From Candidatus Micrarchaeota archaeon (GTDB taxonomy: Archaea > Micrarchaeota > Micrarchaeia > Norongarragalinales > Norongarragalinaceae): DNA of 64,000 nucleotides. Position numbers and translations under genes: made by a program. Shown here piece by piece: positions 29,163-37,751 of the stretch. The notes under the pieces are model-generated. The model was not told where the DNA came from, made no database searches, and saw only the letters and a program-made list of their open reading frames with translations. The first letter of the stretch is position 1. Every line of letters begins with the position of its first letter. The stretch spans positions 64,001 through 128,000 of the forward strand of contig JACQQD010000009.1 in the NCBI GenBank assembly GCA_016207165.1. The letters run 5' to 3'.

Positions 29163-29426
29163 TTATTTGCCCAGGGCTTTTTTGAGTCCGCGGTAATCGG
29201 ATTCGTGCATGGCCACGGACACGCTTTCCTTGTTGCCGAACAAGTCGTAGTACGAGATTTGCACTTGGACTTTGTTCAGAGCCAAGTCCCCGGTTTTTTC
29301 CACGCTGATGACGTACGTGGTCTTGATGCGGACGGTTCGGCCGGCTTGGATGGTCAACACGTCGTCCGACACGCTGACGGACCCCGTGCCTTTGTCGGTG
29401 AACACCGTGTATTGCGCCGCCTTCAT
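29163..29426 (-). CDS. Small hypothetical protein (PH-like beta/alpha pattern)
   Basis: 87-aa ORF with typical codon usage; TTTAAA about 25 nt upstream. Confidence 0.65.
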   Translation of the reverse strand: MKAAQYTVFTDKGTGSVSVSDDVLTIQAGRTVRIKTTYVISVEKTGDLALNKVQVQISYYDLFGNKESVSVAMHESDYRGLKKALGK

Positions 29427-29494
29427 ACCACGATCTTGGGGTGGCACGTTTTTAAAGATTCCTCGCCCAAGAATACCTTGTAAAACCTTATTGT

Positions 29495-32347
29495 GTGATG
29501 GCCATGCAACCCCAAGAAATTTCTCCCGGTATCTTCGAATTTGCGGCGGAAGGCAAAATGAATGTGCCCGTTCGGCTGGTGGCCCAGCCCCACATGCTTT
29601 CGCACGTCATGTCCGACCGGACGTTGAGCCAAGCCAAGAACGTGGCCACGCTTCCCGGACTCTTGGAGGCGTCGTTTGTCATGCCGGACGCCCACGAAGG
29701 CTACGGGTTTCCCATCGGCGGCGTGGCCGCTTTTGACGCGGAAGAGGGCGTTGTTTCTCCTGGCGGAATTGGTTATGACGTGAATTGCTTGGATCCGGGC
29801 AGCCGAATTTTGACGGAGTTTGGCTCCGTGAAAACGATTGGGTCACTTGAATCAACGTTTGCCGATACCGATGTCTCGGGCGCGTATTCACTTTCGCTTC
29901 AAAAACAGGGCGGACGTCTTGCATCTTTGGATGGCTCAGCGCTCACTTCCCAAGCGTTGTTGGCGGTGATGAAGAAACCGGCTGACAAGAAAATGTTGAA
30001 AGTCACAACGAAAACGGGCAAAGAACTCATTTGCTCGGAGGACCATCCTTTGCGATTGGGTACTTCTCTTAAACCGGCTGGACAACTGCGCGTCGGTGAT
30101 TCGCTTTCAGTCAAGTACTTTGAAGGCGTCGACCACGAGCCGATTGAGAAGGAAGAACATACCGCGCTACTGGCCAGGATTCTCGGATACTTCTTTGGCG
30201 ACGGGACGTTGTGCTTTTGCGGAAAAAAACTGCGTGCCGCGGCCTACGGTAAAAAGGAAGACATGGATCAGTTGGCCGAGGACATTTCACGTCTGGGTTT
30301 TCATCCTCGAGTGATTACTCGCACGAGAAATCACGTGATTTCAAGCCGATACGGCGTGAAGACGTTTACCGGAACCACCAGTGAAGTCTACGTGTCTCAA
30401 AACGCGTTTTGCGAAATGCTTAGAATTGCGGGAATGCCGGTCGGAAACAAGTCGTTCTCAGAATATTACGTTCCGCAATGGATCATGGATTCGCCGCGCT
30501 GGATTCAACGGCTTTTCCTGTCTGGATTTTTTGGCGCCGAACTTTCCTCACCCCGAACGCACACAAAAACCGGTTTTGACATGCCTGTTTTAAGCATGAA
30601 CAAAAATGAACTGTACAAAGCCAATGCACGATTTTTTCTCATTCAGGTCATGCGGTTGTTGGAAGGCTTTGGCGTGCAAACAAGCAAGATTTCCGAACGG
30701 TTCGAAGACAACAACCGGAAAGGACCCGTTATCCGGTTGCGTCTGCTGATTTCCGGTGATGAGCAAAACCTAATCACTTTGTGGACGAAAGTTGGCTTCT
30801 CGTATAACCATGAGAAACAACAATTAGCAGAAATTGCCTGCCGGTACATCCTCTTAAAGCGAACGGCGAACAGGCAACGTGTTCAAGCCAATGCCCAAAT
30901 CCAATCGTACAAATGCAAAGGATTAACGTTGGGTGAGATTCAGAAGAGTCTGTCACCATCCGGCTTAACTTCTGGATTTGTTGAGAAGTGCTTCCAGAAA
31001 AACACGCCCAAGCGAATTCCACTTGATTTCATTTCATTTGAGGACTTCAAACGCCGCGCATTTCTTGAGTTATCCGCTTTCGGCGCGTTGCAGGACCCGG
31101 TAGAATCCATTCAAGAAATTCTTTACCAGGGAGACGTTTACGACATCACCGTTGCAAAAACACATAATTTCATTGCCAACGGCATCTTCGTGTCCAATTG
31201 CGGCGTTCGCCTGCTTCGCACCAATTTGGCGTTCGACGAAGTCAGACCCGAGTTGGGTGCCTTGACGGATGCCTTGTTCCGAAACGTCCCGGCTGGGGTG
31301 GGAACCTTAAGCAAGGTGCGTTTCACGCCCAAGGAATTAGAGGATTTTGCGGTGCACGGCCTGGATCACGCCATTGATCAGGGCTTTGGCGTGGCGGAAG
31401 ACAAGGCGCACTGCGAGGAAAACGGCGTTTTTCGGGAAGCGGATTATTCCAAGGTGTCGGATTTGGCCAAGAAACGCGGGGCCCCGCAGTTGGGGACCTT
31501 GGGCTCCGGCAACCACTTCCTGGAAATCCAGCGTGTCGAAAAAGTTTTTGACGCCGAGAAAGCCAGGGCCTTCGGTTTGGAGCAAGGCCAAGTCACCGTC
31601 ATGATTCACTCCGGTTCGCGGGGCTTCGGCCACCAGATTTGCGACGATAACATCCGCGTCATGCTTCGCGCCGCAGAGAAGTACGGCATTTTTTTGCCGG
31701 ACCGCGAATTGTGTTGCGCGCCGCTTTCATCCCCGGAGGCGCAAGACTATCTGGGGGCCATGCGGTGTGCCGGCAATTACGCGTTCTGCAACCGCCAGTT
31801 CATGACGCATTGGGTGCGTGAAACGCTTTCCGAGGTATTCCGCAAAGACTGGAGGGACTTGGGCGTGGAACTGGTGTACGACGTGTGCCACAACATCGCC
31901 AAATTCGAAAAGCACGACGTCCAAGGCCAGATGCGGGAGGTCTGCGTACACCGCAAAGGCGCCACGCGCGCGTTCTGGAAGGGCCGCTCCGAAATTCCGT
32001 CGGCCTACCGGGCCGTGGGCCAGCCCGTCATCATTCCGGGATCCATGAACACGTCGTCGTACGTGTTGGGTGGCTTGCCGGGCGCGTCCAAGACTTTCGG
32101 CTCGTCTTGCCACGGCGCCGGTCGGAGAATGTCTCGGCATGCCGCCATTGAACGATTCGATAGCCGCCAAATCGAGGCGGAAATGAAGGCCAAAGGGCAA
32201 TTCATCCGCGCCACCAAACCCAGGCTTTTAAGCGAAGAAGCCGGTGGAGCCTACAAGGACGTCGACGACGTCGTGGGCGCGGTTCAGAACGCCAGCATTT
32301 CAAACATCGTCGCCAAAATGGTTCCGCTTGGAATTGTCAAGGGTTAG
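29495..32347 (+). CDS. rtcB: RNA 3'-phosphate/5'-OH ligase RtcB with an intein
   Basis: MPDAHEGYGFPIG, GYDVN/CG, GSGNHF, HSGSRG, HN, HRKGA, HGAGR. Confidence 0.96.
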   Translation: MMAMQPQEISPGIFEFAAEGKMNVPVRLVAQPHMLSHVMSDRTLSQAKNVATLPGLLEASFVMPDAHEGYGFPIGGVAAFDAEEGVVSPGGIGYDVNCLDPGSRILTEFGSVKTIGSLESTFADTDVSGAYSLSLQKQGGRLASLDGSALTSQALLAVMKKPADKKMLKVTTKTGKELICSEDHPLRLGTSLKPAGQLRVGDSLSVKYFEGVDHEPIEKEEHTALLARILGYFFGDGTLCFCGKKLRAAAYGKKEDMDQLAEDISRLGFHPRVITRTRNHVISSRYGVKTFTGTTSEVYVSQNAFCEMLRIAGMPVGNKSFSEYYVPQWIMDSPRWIQRLFLSGFFGAELSSPRTHTKTGFDMPVLSMNKNELYKANARFFLIQVMRLLEGFGVQTSKISERFEDNNRKGPVIRLRLLISGDEQNLITLWTKVGFSYNHEKQQLAEIACRYILLKRTANRQRVQANAQIQSYKCKGLTLGEIQKSLSPSGLTSGFVEKCFQKNTPKRIPLDFISFEDFKRRAFLELSAFGALQDPVESIQEILYQGDVYDITVAKTHNFIANGIFVSNCGVRLLRTNLAFDEVRPELGALTDALFRNVPAGVGTLSKVRFTPKELEDFAVHGLDHAIDQGFGVAEDKAHCEENGVFREADYSKVSDLAKKRGAPQLGTLGSGNHFLEIQRVEKVFDAEKARAFGLEQGQVTVMIHSGSRGFGHQICDDNIRVMLRAAEKYGIFLPDRELCCAPLSSPEAQDYLGAMRCAGNYAFCNRQFMTHWVRETLSEVFRKDWRDLGVELVYDVCHNIAKFEKHDVQGQMREVCVHRKGATRAFWKGRSEIPSAYRAVGQPVIIPGSMNTSSYVLGGLPGASKTFGSSCHGAGRRMSRHAAIERFDSRQIEAEMKAKGQFIRATKPRLLSEEAGGAYKDVDDVVGAVQNASISNIVAKMVPLGIVKG
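29786..31198 (+). mobile_element. 471-aa intein with a LAGLIDADG homing endonuclease
   Basis: Begins CLDPGS, block B CSEDHP, LGYFFGDG and LSGFFGAE motifs, ends VYDITV..HNFIANGIFVSN before extein Cys. Visibly more AT-rich than the exteins. Confidence 0.93.
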
Positions 32348-32398
32348 GAGTAAAACGGACTTACCGACCAAAGATCAAGTCGGCCGCTGGGTTGTGGC

Positions 32399-32743
32399 TT
32401 ATTGTCCCGGCAACGGCAGGCATTCGTAGACTTCGACTTGGCAGCCTTCCGCCCAACCCAGGTGCGGGTGGCCTTCCAAGAGTTTTTTGGCTTCGTCCAT
32501 GTTCTCGGCTTGAAGGACCGAGTAGCCCACGACGTCTTTTTGGCTGGGGCCGGACCCGTCTTTTTGTATGGCTTGCCCGTTTCCCAGCGGTGTTCCCATG
32601 TCAACCAAGTGGTCGCCGCATTTTCCAGCCCAATCCATGCAGGCCTTCATGCCTTCGGCTTGTTTTTCCGGGGGCGTATTTTGCGCTTGCGCTGCCGCCT
32701 CGGCGTTCATGTAGTACAATACTACAAATTTTGTCATGTTCAT
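32399..32743 (-). CDS. YciI-like (DGPF-type) dimeric alpha-beta barrel protein
   Basis: KFVVLY...W...GTPL...GYSVLQAENMDEA..L..HPHL...VEVYE pattern. Confidence 0.75.
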   Translation of the reverse strand: MNMTKFVVLYYMNAEAAAQAQNTPPEKQAEGMKACMDWAGKCGDHLVDMGTPLGNGQAIQKDGSGPSQKDVVGYSVLQAENMDEAKKLLEGHPHLGWAEGCQVEVYECLPLPGQ

Positions 32744-32868
32744 GCACCTCGTCTGCTGTCATGCCCTGAATGCCATTTAACCGTTGGGGCGCCGCGCCTG
32801 TCGAGCTACCATTTTTTTTGCCTCGCGGCCCGTGGCGTTTTTATAGCGGGACGGCGTTGGTTTTGGTT

Positions 32869-33228
32869 ATGGTGGACGTCTGGGGCCGCAACCGGCACTT
32901 GATGGTGGAATTAGCCAAAGTCGGCATGGCGTTGCGCAACGCCACTACGCCGGACCAAAAACAGGGGATGGAGGACCTCATGGTGTACCTTGCCTTGGAG
33001 TTGGAGAAGCGCGCGCGGTTTTCGCATTACTTTGACGCGGAAACCAATAAAGGCAAGCCGGTGAGTTGGTGGACGCGGGCGGCGCTCCAGTTTAAAATCG
33101 GCCACAAGGTGGCGCGGGAGATGCGGGCCGGACGCGCGGACGAGCACTGGATCAAGCAGCGCGTCGAATTCTGGTTGGAAAAAGCCATGCATTACTACGT
33201 CAACGGCAAGATTCCGGTCTTTGATTAG
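32869..33228 (+). CDS. Hypothetical protein
   Basis: ATG 32869 with TTTATA about 25 nt upstream; convergent 4-nt overlap with nadD. Confidence 0.6.
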   Translation: MVDVWGRNRHLMVELAKVGMALRNATTPDQKQGMEDLMVYLALELEKRARFSHYFDAETNKGKPVSWWTRAALQFKIGHKVAREMRAGRADEHWIKQRVEFWLEKAMHYYVNGKIPVFD

Positions 33229-33803
33229 CCGTACAACTTGTTCTTGCGAATGTATTGGCTTACAGCATTGGGTAGCCTTGCCTTGGCGTTTTCCATTTTG
33301 GATTCGTGGATCCATTGCCGTATTTGGGTGCTGGACGCATCCACGCCGCTTGCATCCGCCATGATTTGAATGTGAGAAAATCCGCGCAGTGCCTTGGCTT
33401 TGATGGGGTAGCCCGGCCGTGAAACCACGGCAAAACGCGCGCGTTGGGCCAAGGCTGCAGAGTCCTTCCACCGCGGAAAGTCTGAAAGCAGGTCGGCGCC
33501 GATGACCCACGTGAACGCGTGTTCGGAGTGCGAGTCGGAAAGTTCCTTGAGCGTATCCGTGGTGTACGACGTGCCGCCGCGGCGGATTTCCACGTCGCTG
33601 ACTTTCGCGTTTGGAATGGAGGCTACGGCCAGCTTCGCCATGGCGAGTCGGTGTTGGGGGTTGACGTAGGGCTTTTCTTTTTTGTTGGGGTCGTTGGCCA
33701 CCACCAGCCACACTTCGTCAAACCGCTTGGACAAACGCGTTGCGACGTGGACGTGGCCCATGTGCGGCGGGTTGAACGTGCCACCCAATAGGGCGATGTG
33801 CAT
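33225..33803 (-). CDS. nadD: Nicotinate-nucleotide adenylyltransferase (bacterial NadD type)
   Basis: GGTFNPPHMGH, SYTTDTL, IGAD, W, SSTQIR, YIRKNKLY. Confidence 0.93.
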   Translation of the reverse strand: MHIALLGGTFNPPHMGHVHVATRLSKRFDEVWLVVANDPNKKEKPYVNPQHRLAMAKLAVASIPNAKVSDVEIRRGGTSYTTDTLKELSDSHSEHAFTWVIGADLLSDFPRWKDSAALAQRARFAVVSRPGYPIKAKALRGFSHIQIMADASGVDASSTQIRQWIHESKMENAKARLPNAVSQYIRKNKLYG

Positions 33804-33825
33804 GAGCGGTTTTTGCCGGTAAAGC

Positions 33826-33831
33826 TTTAAA
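33826..33831 (-). promoter_or_regulatory. Archaeal TATA box of leaderless nadD
   Basis: TTTAAA about 23 nt upstream of ATG 33803; no RBS. Confidence 0.6.
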
Positions 33832-33871
33832 CCGCTTCGAAAGGCGGTCGAAGGGGCGTGGGGGCTTGGCG

Positions 33872-34011
33872 TCACTGGACGATGTGGTCCAGGGGTTGCA
33901 TGCGGTAGTTTTCGCTTGGTCGCCCCGGGGAACCCAGGTTCCCCTGGCCCGCCCTGGGCCTCGCCCCTCCTATTGGACGATGTGGTCCAGGGGTTGCATG
34001 CGGTAGTTTTC
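33872..34011 (-). repeat. 42-bp direct repeat of the lrp gene 3' end (33970-34011 / 33872-33913) around a 56-bp hairpin insert
   Basis: 38 bp identical; CAA TAG versus CAG TGA at the end. Confidence 0.95.
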
Positions 34012-34449
34012 TTTGATGACGTTGAGAACGACTTGCGTGTTGGAGCGCTCCACGTTGTCCAGTTTCAGGATTCTCTTGACGATGCGCGACAAGTCGCCTC
34101 GGTGCTTTACTCGGACAATGACCAGCGAATCCGCATCCCCGGTCACGTCGTAGACGGAAACGACTTCCGGAATCTTGGCGATTTCCTTCTGCACGCTCAA
34201 AAGCGCGCCCTTGTGGATGGTCACGCGAATGATGCCCATCAAGTCGTATCCCAGCGCCGGGTAATTCAAGTCCACGCCGAATCCCTGGATGATGCCTTTT
34301 TCTTCCAAGTGCTTGATGTGCTGGATGACGCTGGCCGGCGAGACCCCCAGCGTTGAGGCGATGGATCGGAAGGACTGGCGGCTGTTGGCCTTTAGTTCCA
34401 CCAGGATGCGTTCATCCAGCGGTCTTTTCTCATTCAGTTTTGCCTTCAT
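33970..34449 (-). CDS. Lrp/AsnC family regulator, divergent from glnA
   Basis: LDERILVELKANSRQS HTH and VYDVTGDAD RAM domain. Confidence 0.92.
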   Translation of the reverse strand: MKAKLNEKRPLDERILVELKANSRQSFRSIASTLGVSPASVIQHIKHLEEKGIIQGFGVDLNYPALGYDLMGIIRVTIHKGALLSVQKEIAKIPEVVSVYDVTGDADSLVIVRVKHRGDLSRIVKRILKLDNVERSNTQVVLNVIKENYRMQPLDHIVQ

Positions 34450-34585
34450 TTTAGTCCAAAACTAATACATTTGTTCGTTCTTTATAACCTTTTGTAAACG
34501 TTTGTTCTTTTTTCAACCTGAACGTTTTTATAGGTTTTCGGCATCCAAAGTGCATTCAATTGCCAATGGTGGGTGGTTTTGTTAT

Positions 34586-36025
34586 ATGAGCAAACAGGTG
34601 TTCGTGGAAGTGCCTAAACCGCAGGCGGGAATCGACGTCTTGTCCCGCATGAAGGAAGAACGCATTTCGTGGGTGGACTTGCAGTTCGTGGACCTGGTTG
34701 GCGCGCTTCAGCACATCAGCGTTCCGGCGCACACCCTGGACGAAAAAGACTTTGAAATCGGTGTCGGGAAGCTGGACGGCTCGTCGATCAAGGGTTTCAA
34801 GGAAATTTTTGAATCCGACATGCTTCTGTTGCCCATTGCCGAGACGTACCGCAAGATTCCGTGGGAACAGGATACGGCTAGAATTTTTTGTGGCGTCAAG
34901 GAAGTCTCCGGCTCCCGTTTTTCCAAGGACTCGCGGCATACGGCCGAGAACGCGGAAAAAGTGTTGGCTCAGAACGGGTTTGACACCAGTTACTGGGGTC
35001 CGGAAGCCGAGTTTTTCGTTTTCGACGAGGTGCACTACGACACGACGAACCCCCATCGGGGCCAAGGCTATTCCGTGGGCTCCATTGAGGCCGCGTGGAA
35101 TCCCACCGGAAAAGGGTACCCCATTGGGTTCAAGGGCGGCTATTACCCGGTGCCGCCGGCGGACACGTTGCAGGACCTCCGCCGCCGCATTTCCGACTCC
35201 CTGCAGAATGATTTCGGCATCCGGGTGGAAGCACACCACCACGAGGTCGCCACGGCCGGCCAATGCGAGATCAACATGCGGTTTGACAAGCTCACCTGCA
35301 TGGCCGACAATTTGTTGACGTTCAAGTACGTGGTGAAAAACCTGGCATACCAATCCGGCAAGATTGCCACGTTCATGCCCAAACCCATGTTCGGCGACAA
35401 CGGAAGTGGGATGCACACCAACCAAAGCATGTGGAACGCCGGCAGGAACCAATTCTACGACGCCAACGAGACGTACGCGCAATTGTCGCAGAACGCCATT
35501 TACTACATCGGCGGCCTCGTCGAGCACGGCCGCTCGCTGGCGGCGTTCTGCAATCCCACGACGAACTCGTACCGGAGACTGGTTCCCGGATACGAGGCGC
35601 CCGTGTACTTGGCGTACTCCAAGAGCAACCGGTCGGCATGCATCCGCATTCCGTACTACTTCTCCAACGAAGTCTCCAAACGCTTGGAGTACCGGGCCCC
35701 CGACCCCACGGCCAACCCGTATCTGGCGTTTGCGGCACTGGCGGCCGCGGGCTTGGACGGCATTAAGAAGAAAATCATGCCTCCCGCGCCTGTGGACGCC
35801 AACATTTACCACATGACGGTGGCGGAGCGCCGCCAGCACGGCATCAAGGAACTGCCTGGCGCCTTATTGGAGTCGCTGCACGAATTGGAGTCGGACCGCG
35901 ACTTTTTGAAGCCGATTTTCGCGGACGACTTGGTGGATTCGTACTTGACGCTCAAGTACGCGGAAGCCAACGCCGTTGGAACCCGGCCGCACCCGTATGA
36001 GTTTGACTTGTACTTGAACTCGTAA
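34586..36025 (+). CDS. glnA: Glutamine synthetase type I
   Basis: DGSSI, GPEAEFF, HHHEVA, TFMPKP..GDNGSGMH, NSYRRLVPGYEAP, NRSACIRIP, EYR.PDP. Confidence 0.97.
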   Translation: MSKQVFVEVPKPQAGIDVLSRMKEERISWVDLQFVDLVGALQHISVPAHTLDEKDFEIGVGKLDGSSIKGFKEIFESDMLLLPIAETYRKIPWEQDTARIFCGVKEVSGSRFSKDSRHTAENAEKVLAQNGFDTSYWGPEAEFFVFDEVHYDTTNPHRGQGYSVGSIEAAWNPTGKGYPIGFKGGYYPVPPADTLQDLRRRISDSLQNDFGIRVEAHHHEVATAGQCEINMRFDKLTCMADNLLTFKYVVKNLAYQSGKIATFMPKPMFGDNGSGMHTNQSMWNAGRNQFYDANETYAQLSQNAIYYIGGLVEHGRSLAAFCNPTTNSYRRLVPGYEAPVYLAYSKSNRSACIRIPYYFSNEVSKRLEYRAPDPTANPYLAFAALAAAGLDGIKKKIMPPAPVDANIYHMTVAERRQHGIKELPGALLESLHELESDRDFLKPIFADDLVDSYLTLKYAEANAVGTRPHPYEFDLYLNS

Positions 36026-36187
36026 GCCCCGGGGGAAAGCGTTCCCCCTGGCGCTTACTCCGCCTCGCCCCCTTCGGTTGGGCGTGGCGGATTCAAGGCG
36101 GCCGTGAACGCTTTAAACCGCAACACCCAAAGGAAGGCAATTCGGGCCGGTTCTGCGAAAGCGGGCCGGCTCGTTTATTTCTTATTT
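36022..36187 (+). other. Structured intergenic region with three hairpins; the last is followed by a T-rich run (terminator-like)
   Basis: Stems at 36022-36058, 36059-36091 (cTTCGg loop) and 36143-36173 (GAAA loop, G-T pairs), then TTTATTTCTTATTT. Confidence 0.65.
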
Positions 36188-36213
36188 GCAGAGACGAATC
36201 GTTTCCGCGTGAA

Positions 36214-36927
36214 TTATAGGACCGACGGCAAGTCGAGTTTGTGACGGTTTTGCTCCATGCGGTCCAGAACTTTTTTCACTTTTTCTTCCCCGAATTTTTG
36301 GAGGGCTTCGTTGGGCTTCGTGTCAAGAAGCTGGAGGATGGCGTCCAATTCTTGGTACGTCATTTCCAGTTCGTGTTCGTCGGTTTGGTCCGGCCACAAG
36401 CCGGCGGAGGGCGGTTTGTCGATAAAGTATTTTGGGATTCCGGCGTTTTTGGCCATTTGCCAGACTTGCGTTTTGTAAAGCGACCCAATGGGCAAAACGT
36501 CCACGCCGCCGTCGCCAAATTTCGTGAAGTAGCCCACGGAAAGCTCGCTTTTGTTTCCGGTGCCCACCACCAAGGCGTTGTGTTGTCGGGCTTTGGAGTA
36601 CAAGAAATTCATGCGGGTGCGGGCCATGATGTTACCCTTGTCCACCGGGTCAATGGCCTGAGATGCGTTCATGACGGCGTCGGCGGCGGCCCGAATGGAG
36701 GCGGCTTGGTAGTGTACGCCCAAGGATTGGGCAAACGCATTGGTTTGCTTCGTGTCGTCGGGGTGGTCCACGTAAGGCAGAAAGTAGGCGTACACGTTTT
36801 TGGGGCCGAGGGCCTGCGCGCACAGCCACACGGTCAACGCCGAGTCGATGCCGCCGGAGATGCCGACCACGGCATTGGTTTTTCCGGATTTTTCAAAAAA
36901 GCGTTTCAGTTTTTCAACAAGCGGCAT
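36214..36927 (-). CDS. nadE: NH3-dependent NAD+ synthetase
   Basis: GISGGIDS, GNIMARTR, GYFTKFGDG, PSAGLW..QTDE; no glutaminase domain. Confidence 0.95.
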   Translation of the reverse strand: MPLVEKLKRFFEKSGKTNAVVGISGGIDSALTVWLCAQALGPKNVYAYFLPYVDHPDDTKQTNAFAQSLGVHYQAASIRAAADAVMNASQAIDPVDKGNIMARTRMNFLYSKARQHNALVVGTGNKSELSVGYFTKFGDGGVDVLPIGSLYKTQVWQMAKNAGIPKYFIDKPPSAGLWPDQTDEHELEMTYQELDAILQLLDTKPNEALQKFGEEKVKKVLDRMEQNRHKLDLPSVL

Positions 36928-36928
36928 G

Positions 36929-37747
36929 TCAGGGCACCAGGTCCAGGGAAAAGTCCAGGGTTTTGGCGTGTTTGGTCAATGCCCCCATGGAAATATAATC
37001 CGGTTGCAGGACGGCGTAGTCCGCCAGGTTTTGTTTCTGGATGGCGCCGGAGACCTCGATTTTTACGTCCGGTGCATTTTGCCTCAGCCACCTGATAGCG
37101 GTTGCGGCGTCTTCAAGGATAAAATTGTCCAACATGATCAGGTCGGGTTTGGCTGTTGCCGCGTTTTTGACTTGGTCGACGCTTTCGCACTCGATTTCCA
37201 CGAATTTCCCGGTTTTTTTTCCGGCCGCCACCGCGTCGGCGGGGGAAGCAAAAAAGCGTAGGTGGTTTTCTTTGATTAGCACGGCTTCTTCCAGGTGGAG
37301 GCGGTGCGGCCAGATGCCCGCGATGTGCGCGGCTTTCTTGTCAAACGCGCCGAATCCCGGCATGGTTTTTCGCGTCAAAGCCATTTTTGTGTGGTCGTTC
37401 ACCACGTCCTGCATCCCTTTGCAGGCGGTGGCCACGCCGGACATGCGACCCAATACGTTGAGCGCCGTTCGCTCGACGCGCAAAATGTCGCGGTTGTTTC
37501 CGTGAATCTCTAGCACGGGTTGGTTGGATTCAAGGTGCGTGCCGTCTTGGGCCAGATTTTTTGCGTTCAGGCCGACGTGCTCGAAAAGAAATTGGGCTTC
37601 CTCCAAGCCGGCCAACACGCCTGGCTCTCGGGCGACGATGACCGCTTTGGCCGTTCTTTCAGGGGTGGCGTTGGACGTGACGTCGTTTTGGTAGTGGTCG
37701 TCTTGAAGAAAGCCGATGAGTTTTTTTTGGAGGTCTTGCGGCAACAT
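36929..37747 (-). CDS. nadC: Quinolinate phosphoribosyltransferase
   Basis: ERTALN, TRKT.PG, HR..L, IKENH, EIE, MLDN. Confidence 0.95.
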   Translation of the reverse strand: MLPQDLQKKLIGFLQDDHYQNDVTSNATPERTAKAVIVAREPGVLAGLEEAQFLFEHVGLNAKNLAQDGTHLESNQPVLEIHGNNRDILRVERTALNVLGRMSGVATACKGMQDVVNDHTKMALTRKTMPGFGAFDKKAAHIAGIWPHRLHLEEAVLIKENHLRFFASPADAVAAGKKTGKFVEIECESVDQVKNAATAKPDLIMLDNFILEDAATAIRWLRQNAPDVKIEVSGAIQKQNLADYAVLQPDYISMGALTKHAKTLDFSLDLVP

Positions 37748-37751
37748 GGTT

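Noticed and set aside
4369-34011. DGR template/variable repeat explanation for the two duplications
   Set aside because: No reverse transcriptase nearby; the repeats are short, and the mismatches are synonymous and not confined to adenines (one is C/T).
33872-34011. CRISPR mini-array
   Set aside because: Only two copies, the repeat is coding sequence, and there are no cas genes.
36026-36175. tRNA or SRP RNA
   Set aside because: No cloverleaf, T-loop or SRP motif could be fitted.
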